A stretch of 64,000 bases of DNA. Source: Podarcis bocagei. Taxonomy: Eukaryota. The stretch is taken from assembly GCA_964188305.1 (NCBI GenBank), contig OZ076892.1; one strand, 5' to 3'. Shown one piece after another: positions 1 to 12,800 of this stretch. How positions within the stretch are numbered: position 1 is the stretch's first letter; each line of letters opens with the position of its first letter. The notes under the pieces were generated by a model that worked only from the letters and a program-made list of their open reading frames with translations, did not search any database and was not told the origin of the DNA. The translations under genes and the position numbers were made by a program.

Positions 1-190
1 TCTGGAGCATGAAGGACACTGGCCAGGGCAAACTTGCACACCAAGTCCCAGAGATGTTTGCCCTGGTAGATGAGTTCATAACAAGACATAACGTCCAGAT
101 GTGGAAAATAAATGGAAGGTCACAAAATGCTGCTTTGAATAATGCATTGAGGAGAAGCAGTTATCTCAGCAAATTCTTCCTTCAACTCAG

Positions 191-416
191 CTGAAGTTCC
201 ATCTGTTGCTTCCATCAAGACCGGGTCCAGCCGACGGTTCAGTCATTTTGAGAGTATGGTGGACAGCCTTTCTTCCTACGTGTCCCCAGCAGCCATTGGA
301 GCCCCCTTCTTCATGGAGCCCAACTGTGGTACCATCCTTCCTAAGAGCTCCCAGACCCTCCAGGTGAAATTCTGTCCTCAGGAAGTGGGAGAGTTTGAGG
401 GCCGCCTACTCTGCAG
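191..416 (+). CDS. HYDIN: HYDIN exon (1st in window)
   Basis: ctcag|CTGAAG...TGCAG|gtaagg; EVPSVASIK...QVKFCPQEVGEFEGRLLC. The 5' boundary is slightly less certain. Confidence 0.85.
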
Positions 417-3400
417 GTAAGGAGACTTCCCACAAATGCCATCCACAAGTCCTGAGAGAGCAAATCTTCCCGACACTGCAGATGTTGTTACATCTTGCTC
501 TCACCTTGAGTTCTTCCTTACACAGCTGCTGTGGTGTTCGGTGGGAGGCAGGCAGCATGGTCTGTGACTTTCTAACAAAATGGCTATTACCTAGGTTTAG
601 AAGGCTCTGAACTTTGTTCTGTATGACTGCACAGAAATTATAGTCACTATCTTTCTGGCATCAGCACTGTCTCTCTGAATCCAGGGGAGAAGGAGCAGTG
701 CAGAGGCAGCAACACAGGTTTCCTCTTACTTCATTGCCCCCTTTTGATGGACTTGGGATGGTGGCGGCTCAAGTGTTCCCATAAATAGGGGGGAAAGGCC
801 TCCAACAACAGAGTTTTGACTCTCCCCAACAGTGCCACAAGTAGTTGAGCCTTATGCAGTGGAGGCCTACACCAGTCAAATGCTGAACTTATCTGAATAG
901 TATGTATATATCTGCTCAGTGGGACAAAATGCGGGTGAAGCTTTTGCTCATGCCTTGGAATGCCAGCAGATGCAAATGTGCATTGACCGCATAATGCTTG
1001 GTGAGAAACTGAGTAAAATGGGGATTTGTTAGTCCAGAAAGGGTGGTGATCACTGCCAAAGAGGCAGAAAAACAGCAAGAGAGTTTCCTTGTGGGGAAAA
1101 GATGGCTCACATGCCATGTGTGAGGTAGGGAGTCCCAGAAATTTATTTTCATATTCCCTGTCAACCTGGGCCTTTTTCCTTTCAGTATTTCTAACCTGAA
1201 GCCTGATGAGGAAGGCCCAGTTGTGGCTGTGAAGGCGAAGAGCCTCCTGCCCTACTGTCATTTTGAGCTGGAAGATTCCAATTACATCACTGCGCACAGA
1301 CGCAACCAAGACTTGCGAGGGCCTGGTGGGATGAGCCTGGATGCCAACACCAAAGTGATTGAATTTACCTCTATAGGAGTGTATGTCAGGAACACCCGGT
1401 GAGTATCCAGTCAGTTCTTTGCATTGACTGCTTCATTCAAACACTCATAGGTGTTCTAAGCAGTGACTGGGAACATCCCTTGGACTTGGGCTTTCAGCCG
1501 AGAGAGCTGCTTTCCCTTTGGCAGTGTTGCATGCCCAGGATGGTGGGGCTGCTGGTGCAGCAGTTTATTCCACGGCTGCGTTTTTGCTATTTCTCCTTCC
1601 TGCGTGGCACACCAGCGCCAGTCATGACTCTGGAGAGGGTCTGAAGCAGCTACCCTGGAAGCATTTGCTAACATCTGAAAGTTTTGCATCAGTGCAAAAG
1701 CACCTACATAGAAAAAAGAATGTTTATCAGCAGAAAAGCACAAGAGGAATAAGGATATATCCTCAGTAGCTGGATGTTATCACTGCCTCCAAGGACCGTT
1801 GAGGAAATACCGTATTTTTCGCTCTATAAGACGCACCAGACCACAAGATGCACCTAGTTTTTGGAGGAGGAAAACAAGAAAAAACATATTCTGAATCTCA
1901 GAAGCCAGAACAGCAAGAGGGATCGCTGCGCAGTGAAAGGAGCAATCCCTCTTGCTGTTCTGGCTTCTGGGATAGCTGCGCAGCCTGCATTCGCTCCGTA
2001 AGACGCACATACATTTCCCCTTACTTTTTAGGAGGGAAAAAGCGAGTCTTATAGAGCAAAAAATACAGTAGATGCTATTGAAAAAGATTTGTCAAAATGG
2101 ATTATTCAACTGATGTTCCCTCTTCTGATTAATATTATTTGGGTTGTTTTGCTGTATCTTTATTGATGTAATAAATTGGTCTTGTTATTGTTTATGCTTT
2201 GGCTTCTGGGAACCTTTACCATTGTTTTTCTTCATATAAAGCATGTCACTTATCTGATAAAAGTCAGGAGGCAGGGATTCAAGCTTGTGAATTTCATAAC
2301 TTCACCCAGTAACTTGAGTTCTGGCTGATAGTGACCCACATGCTGAATTTGTGAATCAGGCACTTTTATTTGCATCCAGGCTTCAAGCTTTTATTGATGT
2401 GATCAGTCGACTAATCAACTAAAGTTTATTTGATTCACTGGTGGGGGCTGACTTTTAATCAGTAGCACTCTGAAAATGAAGGCACACTTGCTTATTTTTT
2501 ATGTGGCTTTGTGATAGGCTTGTTACTGTAAAGGGAAAGAAAATCAAATGTTAAAAATAGTCTTTCTCTCTAAAATGAGTGATAGCTTTAAGAAATAAAT
2601 TGTGTTGTACTTCACCACAAAAAAACAAAACCCAAGCACATATCCTTGCACTAGACCTTTAGTGCTATGCAAAAGTGCATAAATGCAATTTGTTACTGAA
2701 CTGGTTTCTTAAAAGACAGATGAACAATCAACTAGACTTTCCCCCCCATTAGCTGACAGCCTAACATGTCTCCGATGTCACTTTTTCCATGTCTTGGGTA
2801 GGAGCTTTGCCATCATGAACCCCACCAATGCCACCTACTCTTTCCAGTGGGTCTGTGAGCAGCAGGAGAACAAAGATTATGCTGCCTTCATCTGCTTTAC
2901 GGAGCGAGGCCAGCTCCGGCCAGAGAAAAAAGTGGAGGTGAGTTGGCAGAGGGAATGCCAAGTTAGGACCACCATTTCTTGCCTCTGAGTCTTCCTTGGC
3001 AAGGGTGTGGCCGCTCCTGGTTGCCTGTTCCTCTTGCAAGTGTGGAATTCAGACAAACAAAGGGCGAGACATATATGGATGTGTCATATACATGTACCTT
3101 TTCCATGTGCCACTTCTGGTAGTTCTTATTCCAGCAAGCTGACACAGAAGCACATCTATTCTGGTAACAGTATGTGTTTTGAACCTAGCAGTCATGTGTA
3201 TTCACACACACACTAAAGATAGGTTTAGGATCTTTTGCTGGAGTTATGACATGTGCTTGTTATGTGTTAACCCTTAACCTCATGCCCACAATAACTTCTC
3301 ACCCCAAGGAATAAAGAAAGCTTGGTTTATTATAGGAAACACAAGTGACAGAATATATAAATATTGCTTCAGACAGCAAAATTACAAGTTAAGCAGGCAG

Positions 3401-3812
3401 CAACTACTACAGTGCACACTGCCCTTGACCTAAAGAGTGAAAGAGGCCCTGTTTTAAAAGGCCTATGGAAACATGGGTATTACAATTTTGCCAGCAAGAC
3501 CCACACTAAGAGCAAGAAATGGAAAGGGAAGAATATATCTGGTGTAGGTGGGTTTCCATGAAGCAAGACACAGCGATAGCAGCAAGAACCTTTATTGACC
3601 TACATAACTGTGGAAACAGGGGCAAAGCAACTGCTTATAAAGTGAAGCAGGCCTGTGCTGTTCCTTGAGAGTGCTGAGAAACAGAGTTCCTCAATGGAGC
3701 TATGAAAGCTATTGACTATTGGAAAACCTGGGGTTTTAATAATATTTTTAGTCAATGCCTCCTAGTAGAGAAGGAAGAGGCTGGCTGCAAAACTGGGGAA
3801 GTCCTTAGTGAT

Positions 3813-3858
<46 letters not shown>

Positions 3859-6800
3859 GAAATACTTTTGAAAGCATTGTAGTAAAAGGCAGAGGGAAGG
3901 AGGTAGAAAACTGCCACTAGCAAGAGCAGGGCTGTGCCAGAGGTTTCCAGTTGCCTTTTTACCTGTAGGTCATATTTGAATTCATCCCTCAACATCTGGA
4001 CACCACAGAATCCTTTTGGACTTTCTTAATCCCTGAACACAACCTTTCTGTCCCATTCCTCTTGGTTGGCCACACCACGGACCCTGCTGTGTATCTGGAG
4101 AGATCCCACCTGAACTTCCGCTCGCTCCTTATTGGTAAGGACAGACATGGGAGGCAGCGCGGGGGGGGGGGGGCTGTATCTGTCCATTTCAGTTTCTTAT
4201 TTTCCTAGTCTGAATATCTATTTGCCATATTTCACACAATTTGTATAAATGTATGGTGCAATCTAATCATATTCTGCAATTTAATTTTAAAACAAATATT
4301 CATAAAAATTCTTTAGTATTTTGGTGCACAAAGAAATCAACTTTGCAAGGTGAGAACCAAATGGTATTTCCCTTTAATATATCCATTTTTGTTTATATAT
4401 TATAGTTAAAAAACTGCATTGACATTGCAAAATTCAGAGACATGTGAATTTTAAAGGATAAATGTGTTTCATTTTGTGTAAGTTTTTATTGGGGGGGAAA
4501 TACATTTTACTCTTAGGCAGTAAAGATTCTGAGTAAATATAATTGGGAAGGCGGTGAGTTCTCTCTAACAAACTGACTCAAACCCTAGCAATCTGTTGCT
4601 ATTCCTCTCTCGCTAAGGACACGAGGCTCGTGAGAGCATCGACATTATCAACAATGAGAATGAGACCTACAATTTTTCCTTCAGAGAAGGCTCTCGTTTT
4701 TCAGAGGGGCGAATCAGCTGTCTAAAACTGCAGCCCATGGAAGGCTCAATCCCACCTCGTTCCAGGTAAAGGAGGATGTGGAGCTAGATGACAAGTGCTT
4801 TGAATGGCACATTCTTGGTACTCGGGGTGTCCCTGTTAATTGGGAGCGAGCCAGACATTCCCTTTGTAAGATTCTTGTGTTTCTGGTCCCATAGCATCAT
4901 CTGTAAAGCACTTGTTCTTTGGCCCCCTTCTCCCCTGCAACTTCACATTCTGCATTGCAGGGAAGGATTTTGGCTACAGGCTTAGCACAAAGCATGCATT
5001 GACATACATGCAATTTTCCGCAGGTTTATGAGGGGTTAACTGGTCTTGAAAAGCCCTCAGTGTTGAAAGGGCTCAGCATCCTACAGGATGCAGTTATCCT
5101 TGTGACTAGTTTTCTCAGTGCAACCAACCCCAACCAAATGTGTGGTGTTTTCTCACCAGGCTTCCTATTAGCATCTTATTCATGCCTAACCTGGAGGGCG
5201 AGGTAAACTTCAACTTGATCTGTGATGTCAAAAGAAAGAGCCAGCCCCTCTGTTTGAACATCAAAGCCACTGGCCACACCATGAATGTGTCTGTGAAGTG
5301 TCAGGAAAGTAGTGGTTTGCTTACTGAGCTGGACCCTGACCAGCCACACCGGATCAGCTTTCAAGAGGTGAGAGCCCAGGATTATCTTATCGCTACTTGA
5401 CTCCAACAAGCATCAACACTTTGCAGAATTTTCCATAGTGATGGCTTGAGAAACAGTGTCTTTAACAGCAAGCTGTGTTGATGGAAACATCCCCAAGCAG
5501 ATCGGCTAGGCCGATCCCTAAGCATCAGCATTGTGGATTCATTTGTAGGAAAGGTAGGGTCACAAACTGTGAGAGGTCCTTGCAGAAATGTACTCTGATG
5601 CTCTTTGGCAACACTCCAGGTGGTGACAAATTCCCTTCTCTCTCCCACTTCAGGAGGCTCGTATTATGCATGCAACTTGAGAAAAAAAACAAACTGAGCT
5701 CAGTGGAGCTTAGATCCTAGTGCAGAGGTGGGGCACGGGTGCCATTGGACTCTTAACACCTGAATGGCTTGGGTTACTGACACGATCACCCCTGAGTGCC
5801 CTCTCCCACTTCATGGAGCCTGTTTGGCCCCCTGGTATACTCCAGAGCTTAGGGCAAGGAAACAAGCAGGGAGACGGCTTGAACGCAAGTGAAGGAAAGA
5901 TCCGAATGAACGCAACCGAACACTGGTAAGGGCTCATTATCAAGCCTACCTAGTGGTCGTGAAGGCAGCAAAGAAAGCATACTTTGCTGCCTCCATTGCA
6001 TCCTCATTATGTCCTCCTGCAGAGCTTTTCCAGGTTGTACAGGGCCTTTTACAGGCTGGCCCAAAGGGGGTGGGAGAACCAATGATAGCTCACTGTGACT
6101 TGTTTGCAAAGCATTTTGATGATAAAATCACTTGCATCTACCAAGACCTTGACTCTGCTGTTATAGCAGATGAATCTCATGGGGTGTCCAGAGCACTGCT
6201 TAGTCCTGTTGTGTTGGATGAGTCGGTAAGGTTTGAGGATGTGGACAAGGTGCTTGGATCAGTCAGGGCAACCACTTGCACTCTAGATCGTTGCTCCTCT
6301 TGGTAATAACCAAGATAAAAACCAACAGGGAGAGAACGGTTGGCTGGACCAGGGAGGTGATCAATGCCTCTTTATGAGAGGGGGTGGTCCCTGCCTGTTT
6401 GAAGGAGGCAGTGGTAAAACCATTCCTTAAGAAACCTTCCTGTATTCGGAAAACCGAACTAACTATCGGCCAGTTGCTAATCTCCCTTTCCTGAACAAGG
6501 TTCTGGAACAAGTGGTTGCAGACCAGATTCAGGCACTTTTGGAAAAAAAACTGATTTTGTGGATCCATTTCAATCGGGGTTTAGGCCCGATTCTGGCACA
6601 GAAACTTCTTTGGATGCCCTGTATGATGACCTCTATCCAGAGAGAGACAAGGGAAACATGTCCCTGTTAATTATTCTCGACCTCTCAGCAGCTTTTGATA
6701 CCATCGACCATGGTATCCTTCTGGAGTGACTATCCAAACAAGGTGTGGGTGGCACCACTAGCTCAAAGGAAGACAAGCCTATAACAAGCAGTGGTTCTGC

Positions 6801-9800
6801 AACAGTATTAATGCTGCATCTTCTCTTTGCTCTGGACAGATGCAAGTCAGTGATTATGCTCAGTGCCATTTCTATATTCTGAATACTGGCAAATTCAACT
6901 TCAACTTCTCATGGGAACTTGACCTTGCCAAAGCAGTGCAGCAATATTTTGCCATCTCTCCAAATAATGAAGTAGTAGAAGCAGGGGATCGAACAGAGGT
7001 CCTGCTGTCCTTCCACCCGCTGAAGCCATGCACCTTAAAAGATGTGGAGCTGAAGCTGCAGGTAGGGAAGACCCAGGGTCGGTGGTGGTGGGTTTCTTCT
7101 GTTGTCTGACGAGAAGGTTTCAAATCACCCACTTAATATTTACACCAAGGATATAAAAAAATTAAGCTTAGAACTCCCAGCACAATCAGATATTGTCTTA
7201 AAAATAAAATTAGCCAAGTATATATTAGTCTGACAACTAATCTGACCAGTTCTGAGGCAGCCTCTCTCTGTGCTCACAGATCAGCCATGGACCAACATTT
7301 ACTTGTTTGCTGGAAGGCTCAGCTGTGAATCCCAGCATCCATTTCTCCCTCACCAAAGTGGAGTTTGGAAGCTGCTTCATCTACCAAGGTGGAATGATCG
7401 TTTCCAAACGAATCCTGACTGTCACGAATAAGGATGCCAAGGATGCAAGGTAAGCTGGACCAATGATGTGCCTCGCAGACACAGAGCACCATGCCAGATG
7501 TGCAGGAGGTAAATTCAGGTGCACAGCACCAGCAGTGGTGTGATGTTGGGCTACAGGCAGAGCAAAGAGCTAGCAGGGTGGAGGGCAAAAGGTGAGAGAA
7601 TCAGAACCAAGAATCACAGGCAGGGAAGGTCAAATTGACCATTGCTCAGGCAAAGTCCCATGCCTGCCTTGGGAATATATATAGCCCCATCAGCAAAGAG
7701 CAAATCAATACGCTACCTAGGTCAGCGGACTCTCCTTAAGAGGCATCACAGCCCTGTCAACCTTTCAATCTGCAGCATCTGTTGGGGTTGCAATTAGAAG
7801 ATCTCCAGCTGCTTAGATAGGCTTTTTTGGATAAGCTAGCTGGTATCATTAGTGGTCCCAACCTCCATTTTCTGCCTCACTTGTTGAAGGCAGAAGGCAA
7901 TATTAGAAAGTATAAACCGTGATGTGGTAGTTGACAAATGTGTGATGCCCCATTTGCACAGGCACATTAGCAGTCAGGAAGGGATGAATGTGTGACACAA
8001 CACTTTGGATCATGTCTTCTCTCTCTTTGCCTGCTCCAACTCTGCCCTGGGAGGGGCCGCTTGTGTTCTAGTGCCTTGCCTCAACATTGGCAGTGGAGGC
8101 GACAGCGTTGGTTTGTCAAAAGCCCAAAGCACTGTGCATCTCTCCACTGAGAGCAGCTATTAGCCTAAGAAAAAATAGCAGAAGCACAGAGAGTTGGAAC
8201 AGACATTAGAGCTGATCACTGTATGGAGAGAGAGAGAGAGGAGAGAGGGAGATTGTGGAGGCTGTGAGAGGGTAAAAAGGAGAGCAGTGAAGTTCAACCC
8301 CTGTCACACTCATTTGCTTTTTGAAAATGTAGCTTAATAATTCCAACTAAGTGGCATGGATTAAATAGACAGCATGACACAGGGCAGTTGATACAGAATT
8401 AATTAGTTTTACCATCTATATTGGCAACCCTGCTACTTTTAGCTGTCAGTCACATGTAAATCAATTAAAATGTGCTCTATAAAGTATAAATTGTCACATT
8501 GTATACATAAAGATTAACCTAAACCTTAAATATAAATTTATTCTGAGCAACATATAGAACTCTTACAAAACAGGAAAAGAGTTATAACCTGGCACTCCTT
8601 GATATTTATTCCAAAAATCCTTTTTTTCAGTCATATTTGAGGTCCACAAGTCAAACTGTTGGAAAGCTGCTCATCTTTCAGAGTCAGAGGCACCTTTTTG
8701 GAGAAAGAATCTTTCTGTTTCAAAATGTGGTATAGTGCCACCTAAGTCTAGAACCTAGTAGGGGCTCAGGCAGGCTTTGTGGCTGGAGAGAATGACCACC
8801 ACTCTGTAAGGTTGATGATAGTCTCTTCTGCCTCTTCATAGCCTGGAATGCTTGTTCACCAACACAGCTTACCTCGAGGTGGGTTTCCATGCTGAAGTGC
8901 TGGGTGCTGGAGGAAAGGCAGAGATTCCAATCACCTTCTATCCCCGAGAGGCCATGTCCTACCATGAGGTCATCACCTTTGAAATCAATGGGGTCTTGCA
9001 GCGTAATATTGAGGTCTTCGGGAAGGGCATTGAGATGAAGGTGAGACTGAGTAAGCGTCCTGGACTTCTGGGCTCCACAGCCAGAGAGGCCAAATTAAGA
9101 CTTCAGCTTTTGTGCCTCTTATAAGATGCAGCTCAAATATGTTATTCTTTAGGCAAGTGGGATGTTTTTCTAGGAGCTGCATCTTATTTATCTTTATTGA
9201 ATTGGCTTCCTTCAGCCTTGCATTTGTTGGGTTTCTACAGTCAAATTTAAGTTGAAAGCAAGGAAAAGATTCTCCAAAAAAGCAGAGGCTGCTTCTCAAT
9301 TTTTACATCGAGATAGAAGAGTTAGCACTGACATGGTCATTAACTGAGGTGTGCAGAGTGAGGCAGAACCTACTAAGTTCTTGCAAATACACAGCGACAT
9401 AAAAGTGGTTGCAGACAGGGTAGGAGCAAAGCAACATGGTTAGAACTCTTGAAAGTCCCCTCCCTGGGCTGAATATGAGATTGTTGAATTAGGCACTTCT
9501 GAAACAACATTGCATCACAGTCAGGGATATCCAAAGCTCACACTGGAAGGATAGGTGTTCACGACAGGGATGGGGATCATTGTGCCCCAACTTCCAGCAG
9601 CCAGCAGGACCAGTGCTCAAGGACTGCAGGAGCTGTTGCCCAGTACGTTCTCCACCACTGCTTGGTGACATGCTAGGCCAGAGGGAAATGGTGAGGAGTT
9701 TGACTTTCCATCACTGAAGGAAATCTGGAGATCTTGGAAGGAGACGGGGGGACTGAGGCATCTGAAAGGAGCATCAGCAGCTTCTTCAGGGCAATCCAGA

Positions 9801-12800
9801 CATCATGAAGGCACAATTTTTTTGAGTTTTTTCCTGCTTTCAGCATAATCGCTCACCTGCTGTTTTTTCCTAAAAGACAATGTTGTTTTCTCATCCTTGA
9901 GCCTTTCATGCACTCTCCTGCTGTCATTTTGTCCTCACGTCTCATTGTTATATGGACCCTTCATCACACTAGCCTGTGCCATTTTCTTACCTCTTTTTCC
10001 TGCTCCATTTCAGTTGTCCCACTGTGTGTTTTCTTTGCCCACAGATAGAGGTTGCAGAACCTCACAACAAAGTGCTGAAATTTGGAGCTGTCCCTCCAGG
10101 GCACAGTGTGAAGAAGATAGTGACAATAGTGAACCGCAGTGTCACTTTTGTCACCTTCAACCTAAATTTCATGTACTCTGCATCAGAGTTGCAGGAACAG
10201 AAGGTAAGGGTCCCCCCCCTCTCCTGCCATGGGATCCCCTGCACCACTGGTCATTCTAACATAAGGGATTGTGTTCTTAATACTGTCATGCATTTCTAAT
10301 TTCAGTGGCTTAAACACTCCCCCCCTTGTAGGATTGCATATGTTAAATCGCTGAGAAAGAATTCAGATTAATAAGTAAGGCTACAATCCATTATTAGCTC
10401 AGAAAAGTTAAGACTTGGATATTGTTCACCTGACTATTTTGAGTGAAGGAAGAAATGCTATTGCATAGAAGAATCATTAACAAAAAATGTCTTACCAGTC
10501 AAATTTGGCTTCTGGAACACTGCCAAAGCTAAACCAGACAAACTCTCACCAAAGAGGGCCCTCCCAAACATAATGTATTTTCTGGCTTTCCTCTCCTTTT
10601 GACAACACATGGCAAGCCTGGATGGCTTTTGTAGTTGGTTACCTTAGGAGGGGAGAACTCTGGCAAAACTTGGATTCTGCTCCAGTTTGGGCACTTTGAA
10701 CTGGGTTTGAACAACTTCAGGTATATTTTATGCAGACTAATGTTATAACTTATTTTTTTCTTCAACTGCACTCCTGTGAAATTATGACTGGTTCTATTAG
10801 CCTTGTGATCTAAACGGAACCTCCATGTTCAAGCAGTACCATATGCTGGTGGAAAGCAAGGAAAATGAGAAATATGAGTGGTTTGGTTATTTCTAAAAAT
10901 GGTTGGCTAGCAGACCAGGCAGCCTGGTCTCTACTGGGGCAATTGAATTGCTACCCATTTATCTGGCAGGACCTTTAACAACTGCATAAGGAGAAATACG
11001 AAGCACTGTCTGTCCTACCTAGTAAGGGTGTCAAAGTTTATAACTGAGTTGTTTGTTTGGATATCGCATTTCACAGTTATGAAAATTCATACCCATTTTA
11101 GATAGAATCCATCTCCCCTCTGAGGTTCAGCCCAGTGTTGACCCTCCTTGACACAACTGCCTCCAATCTAAGATCACCAAATAGCTATGTTTGCATCAGG
11201 AAGATTTCATTGGTCCTTTAGACTTTGGATATAGCTATAGCAGCATCCTAGGCATAAGGGCCCCTGGGAGCTTTAGTTCCCAAAGATGTCCTTATTAGCA
11301 TCGTCAGGATCTATGGGAGCTACTTTTCCCAGTTCCAGAGGGGTAGCCATGCTAGATTGTTGCAGTGAAAAGAACAAAGAGTATTGTGTAATCTTCAAGA
11401 CTGACACATTTATTATGGCTTAAGCTGAGGTGAACTACAGTCCACTTCATCAGATGCGTGAACTGTTATCCTGAGTTACAGGTACAGTATATGTTTGACA
11501 TGTGGAGGAAGTGCAGGGAGGTTAGAGGGAAATGAATTACAGAAAAGCACAGACAATTAACAGTTGTTGAAAAGACACCCTAGTGTTCTGTGAAGTATGT
11601 AGTATCCATGGATCCTGATGGGTCTACTAGGGCACCAAGAGCCATGGAACTACATCTCCCATGAATCTTTGCACTGGGAATAAGGTTAAGTCCTCCAAAT
11701 TGCAACATTTTGCAAGTGAGTTTGGAAAAAAGTGAAGCCTTGAGGTGGGGGTTCCAGGCCTGTTTATCAGGAACATGAGAGGGTGTTACCTCAGAATAGG
11801 ACTCAAGTTTAATTTGTTTGAGGTAGGTCCATTCTAAATCAATTAGGAAGAGCTTGTCCTTCACTAATTACGTATTCATAGTGCAAAAGCCATACATTTG
11901 CCTGTTATGCAGCTGTTCTGCCAGAGGAAAAACATGGCAACAAACCTACCAGACTTGCTGGAGAAAAGCAGCCCCTTGGAGTTATCTGGGGCAATGTCTG
12001 GTCCAGGGAGTGTTCAGTCCCATCTCTCTTTGACAGATTCTTTCCATGACTCCATGCAATGAAATAACCCTGAAGCCCAAAGAAGGCATATGCCACGTGG
12101 AGTTGACTTTTGCCCCAAAGAGCCGCATCCTGCCGTTCAAAGAGGAGGTCCTGCTTGAGTGCCACGGGATCCTGCGCTCCCTCTTTGTGGTGCAAGGCTG
12201 CAGCCAGGGCATCGAAGTCAGTCTGGACCAGGATCATGTCCCTTTTGGAGCAGTGGTGCTACGGAGCCAGGCTTCCCGCCGCATCATGATGCAGAACACA
12301 GGAGACATCGGTGTGGGGTAAACAGAGAAAGTCTTTCTGGCTGAGTTTCCTTCCCCACCCCACTCCACCATCCTTTATGCTCCACAAGGCTGGTCTTCCT
12401 CCCTTCAAGTCCTGGCTTAAGTGGCCATTCACTTGTTCCAGAGGTGTCAAAGGCAAAAAAAAAACAGAGAGGAAACAGGACAGTAAATCCATATTCACTG
12501 GGCCAGCTTCCGCTGGTAAAAATTTTTGCACGTTTTTGAGTAACCCAGGATTCTGTTAGGGCAATGCCACTCACTTGACTCTCCTTCCAGTCCTGTTATC
12601 CTTCCCCCATCACCTCCCACTGTCTTTGTCACTAGGGGGTTGTCGCTGCATTAACCCCTTTTCAGTAATTCCTCTCTGTAGCCCTTCCGTGGTGCACCAA
12701 CCATCTTCAGAAGGGCTAATCCAAAATGTGTGTTTTCCCAACCCCAATGGAGGGATCTCTAATAGATTGTGTCTATCACAATACCTCTAATTCCCTGCAT

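Noticed and set aside
3255-3760. Possible old minus-strand solo LTR (a similar impression at 7480-7800)
   Set aside because: Only AATAAA/TATA-like hints; no termini or TSD could be defined.
4610-4620. AAG acceptors at HYDIN exons 4618 and 13012 as signs of pseudogenisation
   Set aside because: AAG acceptors are uncommon but canonical, and the joined reading frame is intact through to the natural stop.
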